DNA of 48,816 nt from Candidatus Woesearchaeota archaeon (GTDB taxonomy: Archaea; Nanobdellota; Nanobdellia; SCGC-AAA011-G17; JACPNG01): assembly GCA_016203135.1 (NCBI GenBank), contig JACQNI010000025.1, positions 1 through 48,816 on the forward strand, written 5' to 3'. Shown here piece after piece: positions 9,755 to 19,975 of the stretch; position 1 is the stretch's first letter; each line of letters starts with the position of its first letter. Made by a program: the position numbers and the translations under genes. Under the pieces are notes generated by a model. It did no database searches, was not told the origin of the DNA, and saw only the letters and a list, made by a program, of their open reading frames with translations.

Positions 9755-10858
9755 ATGAAACATAAATGGAATAGGGATTGCAAGTCATTTCCTGGGAATT
9801 ATGCTTGTGATATTATGAAAGCTGAAGGTTACATAGATTGTGATAAATGTAAGTTTTACGAGCCATACTCCAAGAAAATTCTAATTATAAAACTCGGGGC
9901 TTCTGGAGATGTGATAAGGGCAACAACTCTGCTTTCTGGATTGAGAGAAAAATATAGAAGCAGTATAATAGTAAAGTGGCTTGTCACTGAATACAATTCA
10001 GAGCTCCTTAAAGGAAATGAATTCGTTGATAAAATATTGGTTTATAATCAAGATTCTATGTTGAGGCTTAATAATGAAGAATTTGATATACTGATAAATT
10101 TAGATGCAGATGAGCCAAGCACTGCTATAGCAAATCTTGTAAAAGCAAAGAAAAAATACGGATTTTACATGGATAAATACGGTCATCCTGCTGCTTTTAA
10201 TAAAGAAGCGGAATATTTTTTAGATATGCAGTTTTCTGATGTTCTCAAGAAGAAAAATAAGAAAAGCTCCCAAGAACTTTTTTTTGATATTGCCTGTTTG
10301 CCTTATAAAAAGCAGAAATATATGCTTAAGGTTTCAGATGAATCTAAAAAATATGCTGATGAATTTAAAAAGAGGCATAAACTTGGGAGAAATGTTGTCG
10401 GATTAAATATGGCTAGTGGTAAGAGGTGGCCCTCGAAAAGACCTTCTACTAGAATTATAGTAGATCTAGCTAAGAAGTTGCAAAAGAAAGGTTATAATCT
10501 ATTGATTCTGGGCGGTCCAGAGGAAAAAGATTTCTATGAGTTTTTAAAAAATAAATTGCATGAAAATGGAGTAAAATTTACTATTAATAATTTAAATAAT
10601 TCAATTAAGGAGTTTATTGGGGTCGTTAGCATTTGTGATAAGGTTATCTCGACAGACAGTTTTGCAATGCATCTAGCAATTGCTTTAAACAAGGAGACAA
10701 CTGCTTTATTTTATTGCACTCCTTCTTGGGAGATAGAAAACTATGGTAAAGTTAATAAGATTACAAGTAAATTACTGGAAAAGTATTTCTATACAGATGA
10801 ATATATTGAAGAGCTTGTAAATAGTATATCTGCTGATGAAATGCTGAAAGAGTTTTAA
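9755..10858 (+). CDS. GT9 family glycosyltransferase with Cys-rich N-terminal extension
   Basis: KILIIKLGASGDVIR, RWPSKR, LGGPEE, TDSFAMHLAIA motifs. Confidence 0.85.
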   Translation: MKHKWNRDCKSFPGNYACDIMKAEGYIDCDKCKFYEPYSKKILIIKLGASGDVIRATTLLSGLREKYRSSIIVKWLVTEYNSELLKGNEFVDKILVYNQDSMLRLNNEEFDILINLDADEPSTAIANLVKAKKKYGFYMDKYGHPAAFNKEAEYFLDMQFSDVLKKKNKKSSQELFFDIACLPYKKQKYMLKVSDESKKYADEFKKRHKLGRNVVGLNMASGKRWPSKRPSTRIIVDLAKKLQKKGYNLLILGGPEEKDFYEFLKNKLHENGVKFTINNLNNSIKEFIGVVSICDKVISTDSFAMHLAIALNKETTALFYCTPSWEIENYGKVNKITSKLLEKYFYTDEYIEELVNSISADEMLKEF

Positions 10859-10859
10859 T

Positions 10860-12395
10860 ATGGAATCCAAGATTGAAGACAAATACCTGCTTTTTCCCAT
10901 TATCCTTTTAGCAGGGATTTTGTTATATAGATTGATTAAGTTTTCCCAGATATTGCACTATTTTCCCTTTAATATTGGAGACCTAGCTCAAAGAATGGCC
11001 CAATTCTTTTTATTTGCAAAATATGGTTTCTTAAACCTTGTTCCTACTTGGTATAATGGTTTTATTTCATTAAAGTTTTATCCGCCATTATGGTATTTTT
11101 TTACTTATCCCTTTTATGTATCAACTAATAATCTAAATCAAGCTATTCTCTTATCCTTGATATTTATGCTTTTAATAGCCCTTTTATTTATGCTTTATTT
11201 TGGAAAGCTAGTAAGATTATCTTTTGCTAAAAGAATAGCCTTGTTCTTTTTATTTTTCTCATCGCCTTTACTAATAGATCAAATATTTAACATAGGTAAA
11301 TTGCCTGAATTATTTGGTTGGATGTTGTTCATCCCCCTATTTTTCTTATTTGTTTACTATAAAGACAATAAATTAGATTTGAAATTTTTTATCTGGTTTA
11401 TTATATTATATTCAGGAATATTATTGAGTCATCCATTTTTATGGCCGGGAGTTTCATTTTTCTTATTATCTCTGCTATTTGTTAAAATCTTTAAAGAAAA
11501 AATTTATATTATATTTTCAATAATTTTATCCTTGTTTGCTGTTTCTTTTTGGCTAATTCCATTTCTTCTTGGTTTGCAAGGAGAAGCTGGATGTAATTTT
11601 ATTTGCCTTGATATAAGAGATTATATAGAAAAGCCTGAATTTTCTCCTCATCATATAAATCCATTGAGGGAATTGTTATTCCCAGGAAGCATCTTTTCTT
11701 TTAGCACCTTTATATCTATCGGATTTTTAATAATGTTTTTTGTCTATTGGAAATCTGTTGATAAAAGCAAAAAAGAATTGCTTTTTTACTCCCCATTTAT
11801 ATTCCTAAGCATTGCAATATTGACTAGGATAATAATCTTCCTGCCTTTTCTGAACAAGCCACCGATAAACCCCTATAATACATTGCTTCTCTTCCCCTTG
11901 CTATTTTTGTTCCTGAAAACAAGATATCCAATTTACTATAAAAAAATTCCAAGCATTTTGGCTATATTGATCCCAATTATCTTTCTGTTAAGCAATTTTT
12001 ATTTAATAGATGATAAATCTCTAAGCTATTCAGCAATAGACAAGGAATTTATGGAAATATCCAAAGATTTAGATAGTAGATATCTGCCAATAATGGATTT
12101 TACTATAAAAAATCAATATATTAGGTCTCCTTCGATATCTTATATAACAATTAAAAAAGATTTGTCAACCCCTTATGGGGCGTTTAATACAGATTTAAGT
12201 AAAGAATTGTTTAACAAGTTAAATTCAATAACAAATGATTTTAAAAACAATGATTGTAAAAATGCAGTTTCCAAGATAAATGAGCTTGAAGTAGATCAAC
12301 TGCTAAGCTATAAAGAGCATTGTAGCTTTATAGAAAAATGTAAGTTAAAGGCAAAAACCATAACTGAAAACTATTGCATTTACGAAGTAAATTAA
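10860..12395 (+). CDS. Multi-TM GT-C-like protein (PTPS-related/YfhO-like membrane domain)
   Basis: About 12 TM helices; VPTWYNGF...FYPP, FWLIP motifs; paralog of 12392-13876. Confidence 0.65.
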   Translation: MESKIEDKYLLFPIILLAGILLYRLIKFSQILHYFPFNIGDLAQRMAQFFLFAKYGFLNLVPTWYNGFISLKFYPPLWYFFTYPFYVSTNNLNQAILLSLIFMLLIALLFMLYFGKLVRLSFAKRIALFFLFFSSPLLIDQIFNIGKLPELFGWMLFIPLFFLFVYYKDNKLDLKFFIWFIILYSGILLSHPFLWPGVSFFLLSLLFVKIFKEKIYIIFSIILSLFAVSFWLIPFLLGLQGEAGCNFICLDIRDYIEKPEFSPHHINPLRELLFPGSIFSFSTFISIGFLIMFFVYWKSVDKSKKELLFYSPFIFLSIAILTRIIIFLPFLNKPPINPYNTLLLFPLLFLFLKTRYPIYYKKIPSILAILIPIIFLLSNFYLIDDKSLSYSAIDKEFMEISKDLDSRYLPIMDFTIKNQYIRSPSISYITIKKDLSTPYGAFNTDLSKELFNKLNSITNDFKNNDCKNAVSKINELEVDQLLSYKEHCSFIEKCKLKAKTITENYCIYEVN

Positions 12396-13876
12396 TCCAT
12401 TATTTTATACAAACAAGTACTTTCAGTTTTTTTTACCAACTTAAATTCATTTAAACTATCTAAATAGTCACAATGTTCCCCAAAAGTTGCAATCTCGCTC
12501 AAATCTAAATCCTTAAATGCCTTGATAAAAATATCATAATCCCTGTCTCTAAAAGAATTCCCTACATCAAATAGTTTTTCATTCAATTCTTTAGATGCAT
12601 ATTGATTAGACCATCCAAAAGGCGTGCTTAAATTGTAAAAAATAGCATTATAAGAATAATAAGCCTTTGCTAATGGTGTTGAATAAACACTTCCAACAAC
12701 CATATATCTCCCTTCAATCAAAGGCATTAAGCTGTTAAATTCCTTCTCAATTTTTCCATGTTCCTTGTATAAAGGCACATATATGATGGATATGATTATA
12801 AAAATAATTGGTAGTATTATTAAAGCTGAATAAGCAATATATTTTAATTTTATATTTCTAGAAAGGTCAACTTTCAAGAACAAATAAAATCCTAAAAACA
12901 AGAAAAATAATGTATAAGAATCAGGCTGTATGTTCCTTAAAACTGGTATAAAATTTACCAATCTAAACAAAAATATTACAGCCAATATTAAAGAAGGTAT
13001 ATAAAACAAAAGCTCTTTCTTGTTTTTTCTATTTTTGTAATAAAAATAAAATAAAAGAATAAAGCAAAAAGCAGTCAACATCCCAGCCAAGTTGCTCAAT
13101 AAAAATCTTCCATTTAAACTTAATAAATTATCCCCATAATTAGTAATAAAAGTGCTTGTATTTTTCAAGTTTAAGACATAATCAACCCACCAGAAAGAAG
13201 TTATTAAAACAGAAATAATAAATCCAACAACAATAAAGATTTTTTCTTTGATATTTTTTACTGAAAAAAGTGAAAACAAAAACAAAGATATAAAGATAAG
13301 CGGCATTGGATGTGTTAATATCAATCCAGCGTATAATGGTATGAATAATAAAAATCTCTTGTCTATTTTTTTGTCTTTAAAATAGACCATCAATATAAAC
13401 AAGGCTATAAAAAATAGCCACCCAAAAAATTCAGCAGTTCTTCCAAGCCTTATGAAATTTCCTATAGCAATTGGATTTGCAAAGAAGAAAAAAAAGAAAA
13501 ATATCCCTTTTGTCCTTGAAAATCCCTCTATTTTTGCCAATATCAAAAACAAGAAAAAAGCTAAAATATAAACTATTATCAAAGCCAAGTACCATGTTAG
13601 TTGTAAATTCTTAGTCAAGTAATATATTGGCAGTGCAAAATAAAACCATCCTGGATAATAAGCAAGAAACAAGTTAAAGCCATTATACCAATAAGGAACT
13701 ATTTGATGAAATCCAAATTCAGCCAGAAAATATAACTGAGCTAAAACACTAGATACATCGTTTACATAATCCAAAGGAAAATAAGTAATTATCTTTGCTT
13801 GGTCTATCAGTCTAAAAATAAAATAAGCTGCCAAGACAATTATTCCAAAGTAATATGGCTTATCAGAATTGCCCAT
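12392..13876 (-). CDS. Multi-TM GT-C-like protein (PTPS-related/YfhO-like membrane domain)
   Basis: VPYWYNGF...YYPG, LSTPFG motifs; paralog of 10860-12395; directly downstream of aglB. Confidence 0.65.
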   Translation of the reverse strand: MGNSDKPYYFGIIVLAAYFIFRLIDQAKIITYFPLDYVNDVSSVLAQLYFLAEFGFHQIVPYWYNGFNLFLAYYPGWFYFALPIYYLTKNLQLTWYLALIIVYILAFFLFLILAKIEGFSRTKGIFFFFFFFANPIAIGNFIRLGRTAEFFGWLFFIALFILMVYFKDKKIDKRFLLFIPLYAGLILTHPMPLIFISLFLFSLFSVKNIKEKIFIVVGFIISVLITSFWWVDYVLNLKNTSTFITNYGDNLLSLNGRFLLSNLAGMLTAFCFILLFYFYYKNRKNKKELLFYIPSLILAVIFLFRLVNFIPVLRNIQPDSYTLFFLFLGFYLFLKVDLSRNIKLKYIAYSALIILPIIFIIISIIYVPLYKEHGKIEKEFNSLMPLIEGRYMVVGSVYSTPLAKAYYSYNAIFYNLSTPFGWSNQYASKELNEKLFDVGNSFRDRDYDIFIKAFKDLDLSEIATFGEHCDYLDSLNEFKLVKKTESTCLYKIMD

Positions 13877-13877
13877 T

Positions 13878-16514
13878 TTACTCCCTTACTTGATCCACTC
13901 TAGGATCTGGCAATTGAGTCCCATAAAATTCTTCAGGAACTTGAAGATCTTTAGGATAAGTTATTTCCCATATCTTTAAAGGTCCTATTAACCTCCCTTG
14001 ATAAATTGCTAAAGGAAAATTATTGCTGTCATCATAAACAACCTTAAAATTTTCATTTTGAACATTAAAAAGATAAAGCTCAGCAAACCTAGATTTCTTG
14101 ACATCTGGAGACAAATACAATCCGGCCCCAAGACCATTTAGATTATTATTGTCTTGAATATTAGGAATTAGCCTAAAACATCCTTGCAATGCATCCTTGT
14201 TATCAAACTCTATTTTTTGATTTCCAATATACAAGCAAGATAAAGGCACCCTTGCTTGATTTCCTTCATAAACTATAACAGCTTCTGGTTCTTTATCCAA
14301 ATTTCCGAGATTATCTAAACTATTCCCAGAAACACTTATTAAAAAAGCCCCTATCCCAGCGCTTCTGGCAGGATATAACTTTCCCTGATAGACAAAATCA
14401 TCATCTAGCGGAGTTCCCCCCTCATAAATCAATATAGAGCCATTTCTTCCCTCTTGTATCTGTGGATTTAAAACAAATGTGTTTATCCAGGAATATCTAT
14501 CATAGTTAACATCGCTCCCAATAGATGAAAAAGCAGGATACTTACCTATTTCATCAGAAACTATCAATAAATGGGTTGCATTATTTGCCTTAAGTAATTG
14601 CAAGGCTTCTATATCACTTTGTCCAGTCAATACATGCCTTCCAATCCAATAATTTATAGCCCCCCTTGAATTACCCCCATCGCTTAAAGTGGCCCTATTA
14701 GCCCCATATTGTACCAAATATCCATAATCCCACCAATGTGCAAAAACAGCAGTTTCTGGAGTATTTTTCTTAACCCAATCCATAGCCACTTGCCATTGCT
14801 GATTATATACTGGCCCAGAATAAGATGCAATAGCCATAGATGAGCTTGCAAAAGAATACACCATAAATATAAGCAAATATAAAACAGCAGCATATATTCC
14901 TATTTTAAATATATTTGATTTTAGATTATGATAAGCATAGTCAAAAGCCCATACCAAGATATAAGCAACCAAAATTGTTGTTACAGGAGCTAGAATTAAC
15001 ATTAATCTTACAGCAGACCTTCCAGCAACTATCATTAGAGTCAAAAAGATAAGCATGAATATGTAGGTCTTGTCTATGCTTAATATTTCCTGATATGCCT
15101 CTTTATTTTTATAATATGTATAAAGATAATACCAAATAATTATTGATCCAAATAAGATTAAAGATCCAATATAAACAACCTTTGATAGATTACTTACCCC
15201 ATTAAAAGTGGAGCTTGAAGAATATCTGCTGAATATAAATCCAAATAAAAATAATGAATATAAAATAGTGGCCTTTATCCTATTTTTCTTGAAATGTTTT
15301 AAAGCCCCATAGAACATTAAAATAGCCCCAGCCAAAAACGACCAAAAATAAGTCAATCCAAATTCATTTGCCCAGTCTCTTATATAAGGCTGATGGCTTT
15401 CAGCAACAGTCAAGGCCCATCTTGATTTCCCAAAAGGAGCAATCATGTCAACATATATGTTAGCTATCTTATCATATATAAAAGAAAACCCAAAAAATAA
15501 AACATAGAATATTAATGCCAAAATAATAGCAAAGAAAAAAGCGACAAACCCTTTTGGATATTTCCCATGTATCTTTTCCTTGATTCTGAATATGTCAAGA
15601 TTGTATATAAGATAAAAAACTATTCCAACGAAAAATGTAAATATCATTAAACCAGAGGTAAAAGAATTTACAAAAGTCCCGATTATTGGATATCTTCCTT
15701 GTCCAAAAATATTCATTGTTGCTATGGCAAAGATCATCCAGGAACTATATGATAAAAAGTCATTCTTCCTGAATTTATCCAATAATATTTCAACTAAAGC
15801 AAATAATCCAATGGTTAAAAAGATAAAATTTACCCCTCCCCAAACCAGTCCAGTCATTCCAGTAGTTATCCCTGACAATATTCCTAATATAATTCCATTT
15901 CTCAGCCTTTTTGATTTCCATGCAGAAACATACAAGTAATAAGCCATGAACATAAAAGCTAAAGCTAAAGCCTCTTTATCTGAAAAGCCAAGCATTGTCC
16001 TATGCAAAAAACTAGGCATAGTAGCCAAAAAGGCGCTTGCAACTAAAGCTATTCTATAATCAAAAAGCTTCCTTACAAATAAAAAAAAGAATATTATTGC
16101 AATAACAAAGGCTATTGGCGGATAATATATGTCTGCTTGTGCTATAGTAACAGCTGGATTAAAAAAGCTCCAGAATTTATATAGATAAAAGATAAAATAG
16201 CTCAATAAGCTGAATTCGCTTAAGCTTTCAAAACCCAATGGATAATATCTTAAGACATCTACTTGCGGTAACATTCCATTCAAAGCAATATCGTTTACAT
16301 ATCTTAGAATGACTAAAGCATCCAAGTCAGAAGGAATATACTGTCCATTTGCTACATCTTTTAATAAGCCTATATTTCTAAGTCTTATAAGGAATCCAAA
16401 TATGACTATGGCAGCCAATATAATGTATTGCCATGAATTAGAAAACCTTCCTTTAAATAATCTTAATAATTTCTCTTTTCTTTTCTCTAGTGTATTCTCT
16501 ATAGTCCCTTCCAT
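13878..16514 (-). CDS. aglB: Oligosaccharyltransferase AglB (STT3)
   Basis: WWDYG motif, SDKE, TVAE, many N-terminal TM helices. Confidence 0.95.
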   Translation of the reverse strand: MEGTIENTLEKRKEKLLRLFKGRFSNSWQYIILAAIVIFGFLIRLRNIGLLKDVANGQYIPSDLDALVILRYVNDIALNGMLPQVDVLRYYPLGFESLSEFSLLSYFIFYLYKFWSFFNPAVTIAQADIYYPPIAFVIAIIFFFLFVRKLFDYRIALVASAFLATMPSFLHRTMLGFSDKEALALAFMFMAYYLYVSAWKSKRLRNGIILGILSGITTGMTGLVWGGVNFIFLTIGLFALVEILLDKFRKNDFLSYSSWMIFAIATMNIFGQGRYPIIGTFVNSFTSGLMIFTFFVGIVFYLIYNLDIFRIKEKIHGKYPKGFVAFFFAIILALIFYVLFFGFSFIYDKIANIYVDMIAPFGKSRWALTVAESHQPYIRDWANEFGLTYFWSFLAGAILMFYGALKHFKKNRIKATILYSLFLFGFIFSRYSSSSTFNGVSNLSKVVYIGSLILFGSIIIWYYLYTYYKNKEAYQEILSIDKTYIFMLIFLTLMIVAGRSAVRLMLILAPVTTILVAYILVWAFDYAYHNLKSNIFKIGIYAAVLYLLIFMVYSFASSSMAIASYSGPVYNQQWQVAMDWVKKNTPETAVFAHWWDYGYLVQYGANRATLSDGGNSRGAINYWIGRHVLTGQSDIEALQLLKANNATHLLIVSDEIGKYPAFSSIGSDVNYDRYSWINTFVLNPQIQEGRNGSILIYEGGTPLDDDFVYQGKLYPARSAGIGAFLISVSGNSLDNLGNLDKEPEAVIVYEGNQARVPLSCLYIGNQKIEFDNKDALQGCFRLIPNIQDNNNLNGLGAGLYLSPDVKKSRFAELYLFNVQNENFKVVYDDSNNFPLAIYQGRLIGPLKIWEITYPKDLQVPEEFYGTQLPDPRVDQVRE

Positions 16515-16574
16515 GATTCATAAGTTTTATTGTACTTTAAATAGATTTCTTTTGGAAAAATTGAAAATAAAATA

Positions 16575-16606
16575 GAAAAAGAGAAAAAAAGCTATTTAAG
16601 CTTTTT
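16575..16606 (-). terminator. Putative terminator of the S-layer gene
   Basis: On the minus strand, hairpin AAAAAGCT-TAAAT-AGCTTTTT followed by a long T-rich tract right at the stop codon. Confidence 0.6.
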
Positions 16607-18848
16607 ATTCTACTGTTATGTCTGTCAAGCTTGTACCCTTGACCAAGGCTTCTGAACCAGTCAATGTGTAATCTTCATGGTTAGCAAGCACTTTTGCAGC
16701 TCTTCTTGTGTCCATTGCATCATACCCTGCAACTACCATAGCTACCTTGTTTCCATTGTCAACAAGTCTTATGATAGCTTCTCCAGGGCTATATGTTGCT
16801 CTGAAATCGTCTGCAGTTCCAATAAATGTTCTTGCAACAGAGTTTATAGCTGGTCCTCCAACAACAATCAAGTTATAGTTTGCTACATTTGTTACTTCAG
16901 TATCCAACAATGTCCTTGGATTGATGTCTGCAACACTACAAACCTCTCCAGCACTTGAACCTCCAAGTGTACTTGGACCTCTTATTACAATATTTCCTTG
17001 TACTTGATCTCCAGGAATGCTTACCTTGACTTCATCACTAGCTCCATTTGACTTTGGATCCTTTATGACAATACCATATTTTGTTCTATGATCTTCATCC
17101 TTTGTACCAATAGTAGTTAATGCAGGACCCATCCAAACAAGTTCTCCAGCTTCTTCACTTGATGCAGTTGTACCCAAAGAGGTCAATAAACTATTAGTAG
17201 TGCTATCATTTCTCCATACAGTTATTATATCATCAACACCACCAGCCAAATCAGAATCTGTATCTCCTTGTATATCCAATGTTAAGTTCATTCCATGTGC
17301 ACCTGTATCCAAATCTAAATCAAATGCAACATTTGTACTCTTTGTGTCTTTGAAGTCAATTTCCATGAAGTTATTTGATGTAAGACTTCCATTTCCAGCA
17401 AAGTACTTCTTATTTGTCTCTGTATCCTTATAGAATACTGAAAAGTTTCCTAGAGCATTATCCTTGACTATCCATACTTCATCTGTCTTAACATCCTTTG
17501 ACAGGTTATCAACTGCTTGTAATACCCCATCTTTAAGTTTCAATGATTCTTTTACACTTGACTTAATCCTAACAGTATCTCTAGATGTATAGCCAGAAAC
17601 TGAATCTGTGAAATCTACCCTCTTTTCAAGACTAATATCTAAGTCCATATAATTGTCGTCTGCAACAGTCACGCTATCAAAGCATAGGCTTACATAGTTA
17701 TTTGGTAAGTCTAAGCAATCTCCAGACATCAATGCATCTCCATCTGCTCCATCAACCCATCTCCAGTCATTCTCAACTCCAAGGCTTATTCCTCCAACCA
17801 TAATAGATCCGTCTGCACCGCCTCCAATAGTGGTAGTACTCGAAGATGTTAAATTGCCTATGTCCCATACCCATTTAGGATCATTATCATCCTCTCCAAT
17901 ATATTCGTCACTATCTACATAACTTTGGGTTGCATCTTGACCAATAACCAATGTAGCTGATCTTTCCCCTCTGGTGTCTGTATAGAATGACTCATCATTT
18001 GTAATTTCTATACCATTGACTGTTCTTGTTGATCCAGATGAAATTGTTTCTTGAACTCCGTCTACATCTACAACAATAGCTCCACCAGATCCTACATTCT
18101 GCAAGGTTATCTTTTTACTGTTAACAGTAACCACATCGTCTATATCCATAAAATATTCAGTTCCAACTTGTGCTGTGAACTTTGTGGCTGAGTCTGTTTT
18201 TGTAATCTTTATTGTCTTACCCAAGAATTTTATTTCCAATGGGTCTGAAGACGATGTACCATTCAGGTTTATTGTCTCATCAAATTTATAATAATATTTT
18301 ATACCATCCCTTTCAACCTCTACAACAACATTGCTTTCATAATCATCATCAGATGCAGTCAAACTTGATTGTACACTAACATTATTTGTTCTACTAAATA
18401 TTAAAGCATCGCTTACATCATAATCTGCACTCTTGAAGTTTACTGTTGTATCTACAAATCCATCTAGATCAGAATCATCTAGTTCTCTATCTAGCTGATT
18501 GGTTGCAACAATATTGCTTCCAATAGGAACATCTTCGCTCTCTCCACCACTAATAGTAACAGTTCCATCGCCACTAGGACTGCAGTCTTTAGCCTCAAAC
18601 TGTAAATTTGTAGCTATATCTACCATCCCTAATGTATCAGAAGCTGCTGCATTCTCACCAACAACAAATGCATTAGAACTATCATAGTCACCACCAACAA
18701 CAAAGGGTGATGGATAACTCCCTAAATCTAAACCTGCTGCTTGACCCAAAGCACCACTAGCACTCAGTCCAAGCATTGCGCCACCAATACCTATAGCGGC
18801 GACTCTTTTTATAGTCTGTCTTGTTTTAAGCAAAAACTTTTCTTGCAT
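16605..18848 (-). CDS. S-layer protein
   Basis: Signal peptide, DLGSYPSPFV...VVGENAAASD N-domain, NLIVVGGPAINS and VAGY...DTRRAA C-domain. Acidic, many NxS/T sequons, strong RBS, adjacent to aglB. Confidence 0.88.
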   Translation of the reverse strand: MQEKFLLKTRQTIKRVAAIGIGGAMLGLSASGALGQAAGLDLGSYPSPFVVGGDYDSSNAFVVGENAAASDTLGMVDIATNLQFEAKDCSPSGDGTVTISGGESEDVPIGSNIVATNQLDRELDDSDLDGFVDTTVNFKSADYDVSDALIFSRTNNVSVQSSLTASDDDYESNVVVEVERDGIKYYYKFDETINLNGTSSSDPLEIKFLGKTIKITKTDSATKFTAQVGTEYFMDIDDVVTVNSKKITLQNVGSGGAIVVDVDGVQETISSGSTRTVNGIEITNDESFYTDTRGERSATLVIGQDATQSYVDSDEYIGEDDNDPKWVWDIGNLTSSSTTTIGGGADGSIMVGGISLGVENDWRWVDGADGDALMSGDCLDLPNNYVSLCFDSVTVADDNYMDLDISLEKRVDFTDSVSGYTSRDTVRIKSSVKESLKLKDGVLQAVDNLSKDVKTDEVWIVKDNALGNFSVFYKDTETNKKYFAGNGSLTSNNFMEIDFKDTKSTNVAFDLDLDTGAHGMNLTLDIQGDTDSDLAGGVDDIITVWRNDSTTNSLLTSLGTTASSEEAGELVWMGPALTTIGTKDEDHRTKYGIVIKDPKSNGASDEVKVSIPGDQVQGNIVIRGPSTLGGSSAGEVCSVADINPRTLLDTEVTNVANYNLIVVGGPAINSVARTFIGTADDFRATYSPGEAIIRLVDNGNKVAMVVAGYDAMDTRRAAKVLANHEDYTLTGSEALVKGTSLTDITVE

Positions 18849-18855
18849 TAACAAA

Positions 18856-18862
18856 CACCTCC
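18856..18862 (-). promoter_or_regulatory. Shine-Dalgarno site GGAGGTG of the S-layer gene
   Basis: Perfect archaeal SD 7 nt upstream of ATG 18848. Confidence 0.8.
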
Positions 18863-19088
18863 ATTTTTGTGTTTCTTAACCATAATGGTTTTTTGTCTTT
18901 CTCTTAAACATTTTTTATATTAAAGAGATTAAGTTTATTGTGTTAATCCTTTCTTTATAAATATTTTGGTTTTAAAGAGCATACTAATCGGTTAATTCCA
19001 TAATATAACAGCTACACAAAGCCTTAAACCTAAGTTTAGCTATTAAAAAAATTGATTTTTAGTAACCACTTTTTTAAGGTTACATTGC

Positions 19089-19502
19089 CTAACATATTAA
19101 TATTTTTGCCTCGATATACCTTGTATTAAAGCTGTCAGCAATTCCAGTATTACAGCTCCCAAGCCTATTATATTCATATTCCTGTGTTTTTATAGAAAGC
19201 CTATAATCCCTATCTAATTTACTCAATATGTTTCCTATCTCTTTGTCAAGTAGCTCTTTACAATCCATACTACATATAACCTTTCCAGTACTACAATCTT
19301 CAATTATTTCCTTTATCTGCTTGTCACAATTTACAGGTGTGTAAAACATCATGGCTCTTAAAAAATATGAACTTTCTACACTTTGCCTTAACTCTTGATT
19401 ATTATTGTTTTGTCCAGAAAAGGATATATAGAAAAAAAATATCACTATGAATAATATTACAATAACCAATAATCCAATTACCTCTGTTTGTGCCTTTTTC
19501 AT
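19089..19502 (-). CDS. Pilin-like protein with class III signal peptide
   Basis: MKKA/QTEVIGLLVIVILF: basic residues, small residue, Q+1, hydrophobic helix. Confidence 0.7.
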   Translation of the reverse strand: MKKAQTEVIGLLVIVILFIVIFFFYISFSGQNNNNQELRQSVESSYFLRAMMFYTPVNCDKQIKEIIEDCSTGKVICSMDCKELLDKEIGNILSKLDRDYRLSIKTQEYEYNRLGSCNTGIADSFNTRYIEAKILIC

Positions 19503-19975
19503 TTATAATCCTCTATAACAAGCTTGCCTACCCTATATTCATTATCTGAATAATACAATGGAACTATAACAGATATTATGTCCTTGCTTCTAAAGTTTGG
19601 TCTTGGATTTTCATATAAAACAACAGCTTCTTCAGTTCCTGGATAAACATCCATGATTGTTATATTCCGAAAACCAAGCCTGCTAAAATAAAGTCCTTTG
19701 TTCTCGTTTATCTTATCGGTTTTTACCTTGTTCATATCTATGCAGTTCTGTTCTATGCCATTAAAACTGCATTCTATCTCAGGCATTGTCAAAATGCTTG
19801 CTAATAAAATATCTCGATCAATATCATTTAATCCAGATTCTGTTTTACCTATCTCAGCCAAGTAAAACCTGTAATAATAGAATATTCCAATTACCAATAT
19901 AAGGATTACAACTACTAAAACCATTATCATCTCAATCATTCCAACTTGTCCTTTCTTAGAATAAATATATCCCAC
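19499..19975 (-). CDS. Pilin-like protein with class III signal peptide
   Basis: KKG/QVGMIEMIMVLVVVIIL. Confidence 0.7.
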   Translation of the reverse strand: MGYIYSKKGQVGMIEMIMVLVVVILILVIGIFYYYRFYLAEIGKTESGLNDIDRDILLASILTMPEIECSFNGIEQNCIDMNKVKTDKINENKGLYFSRLGFRNITIMDVYPGTEEAVVLYENPRPNFRSKDIISVIVPLYYSDNEYRVGKLVIEDYK

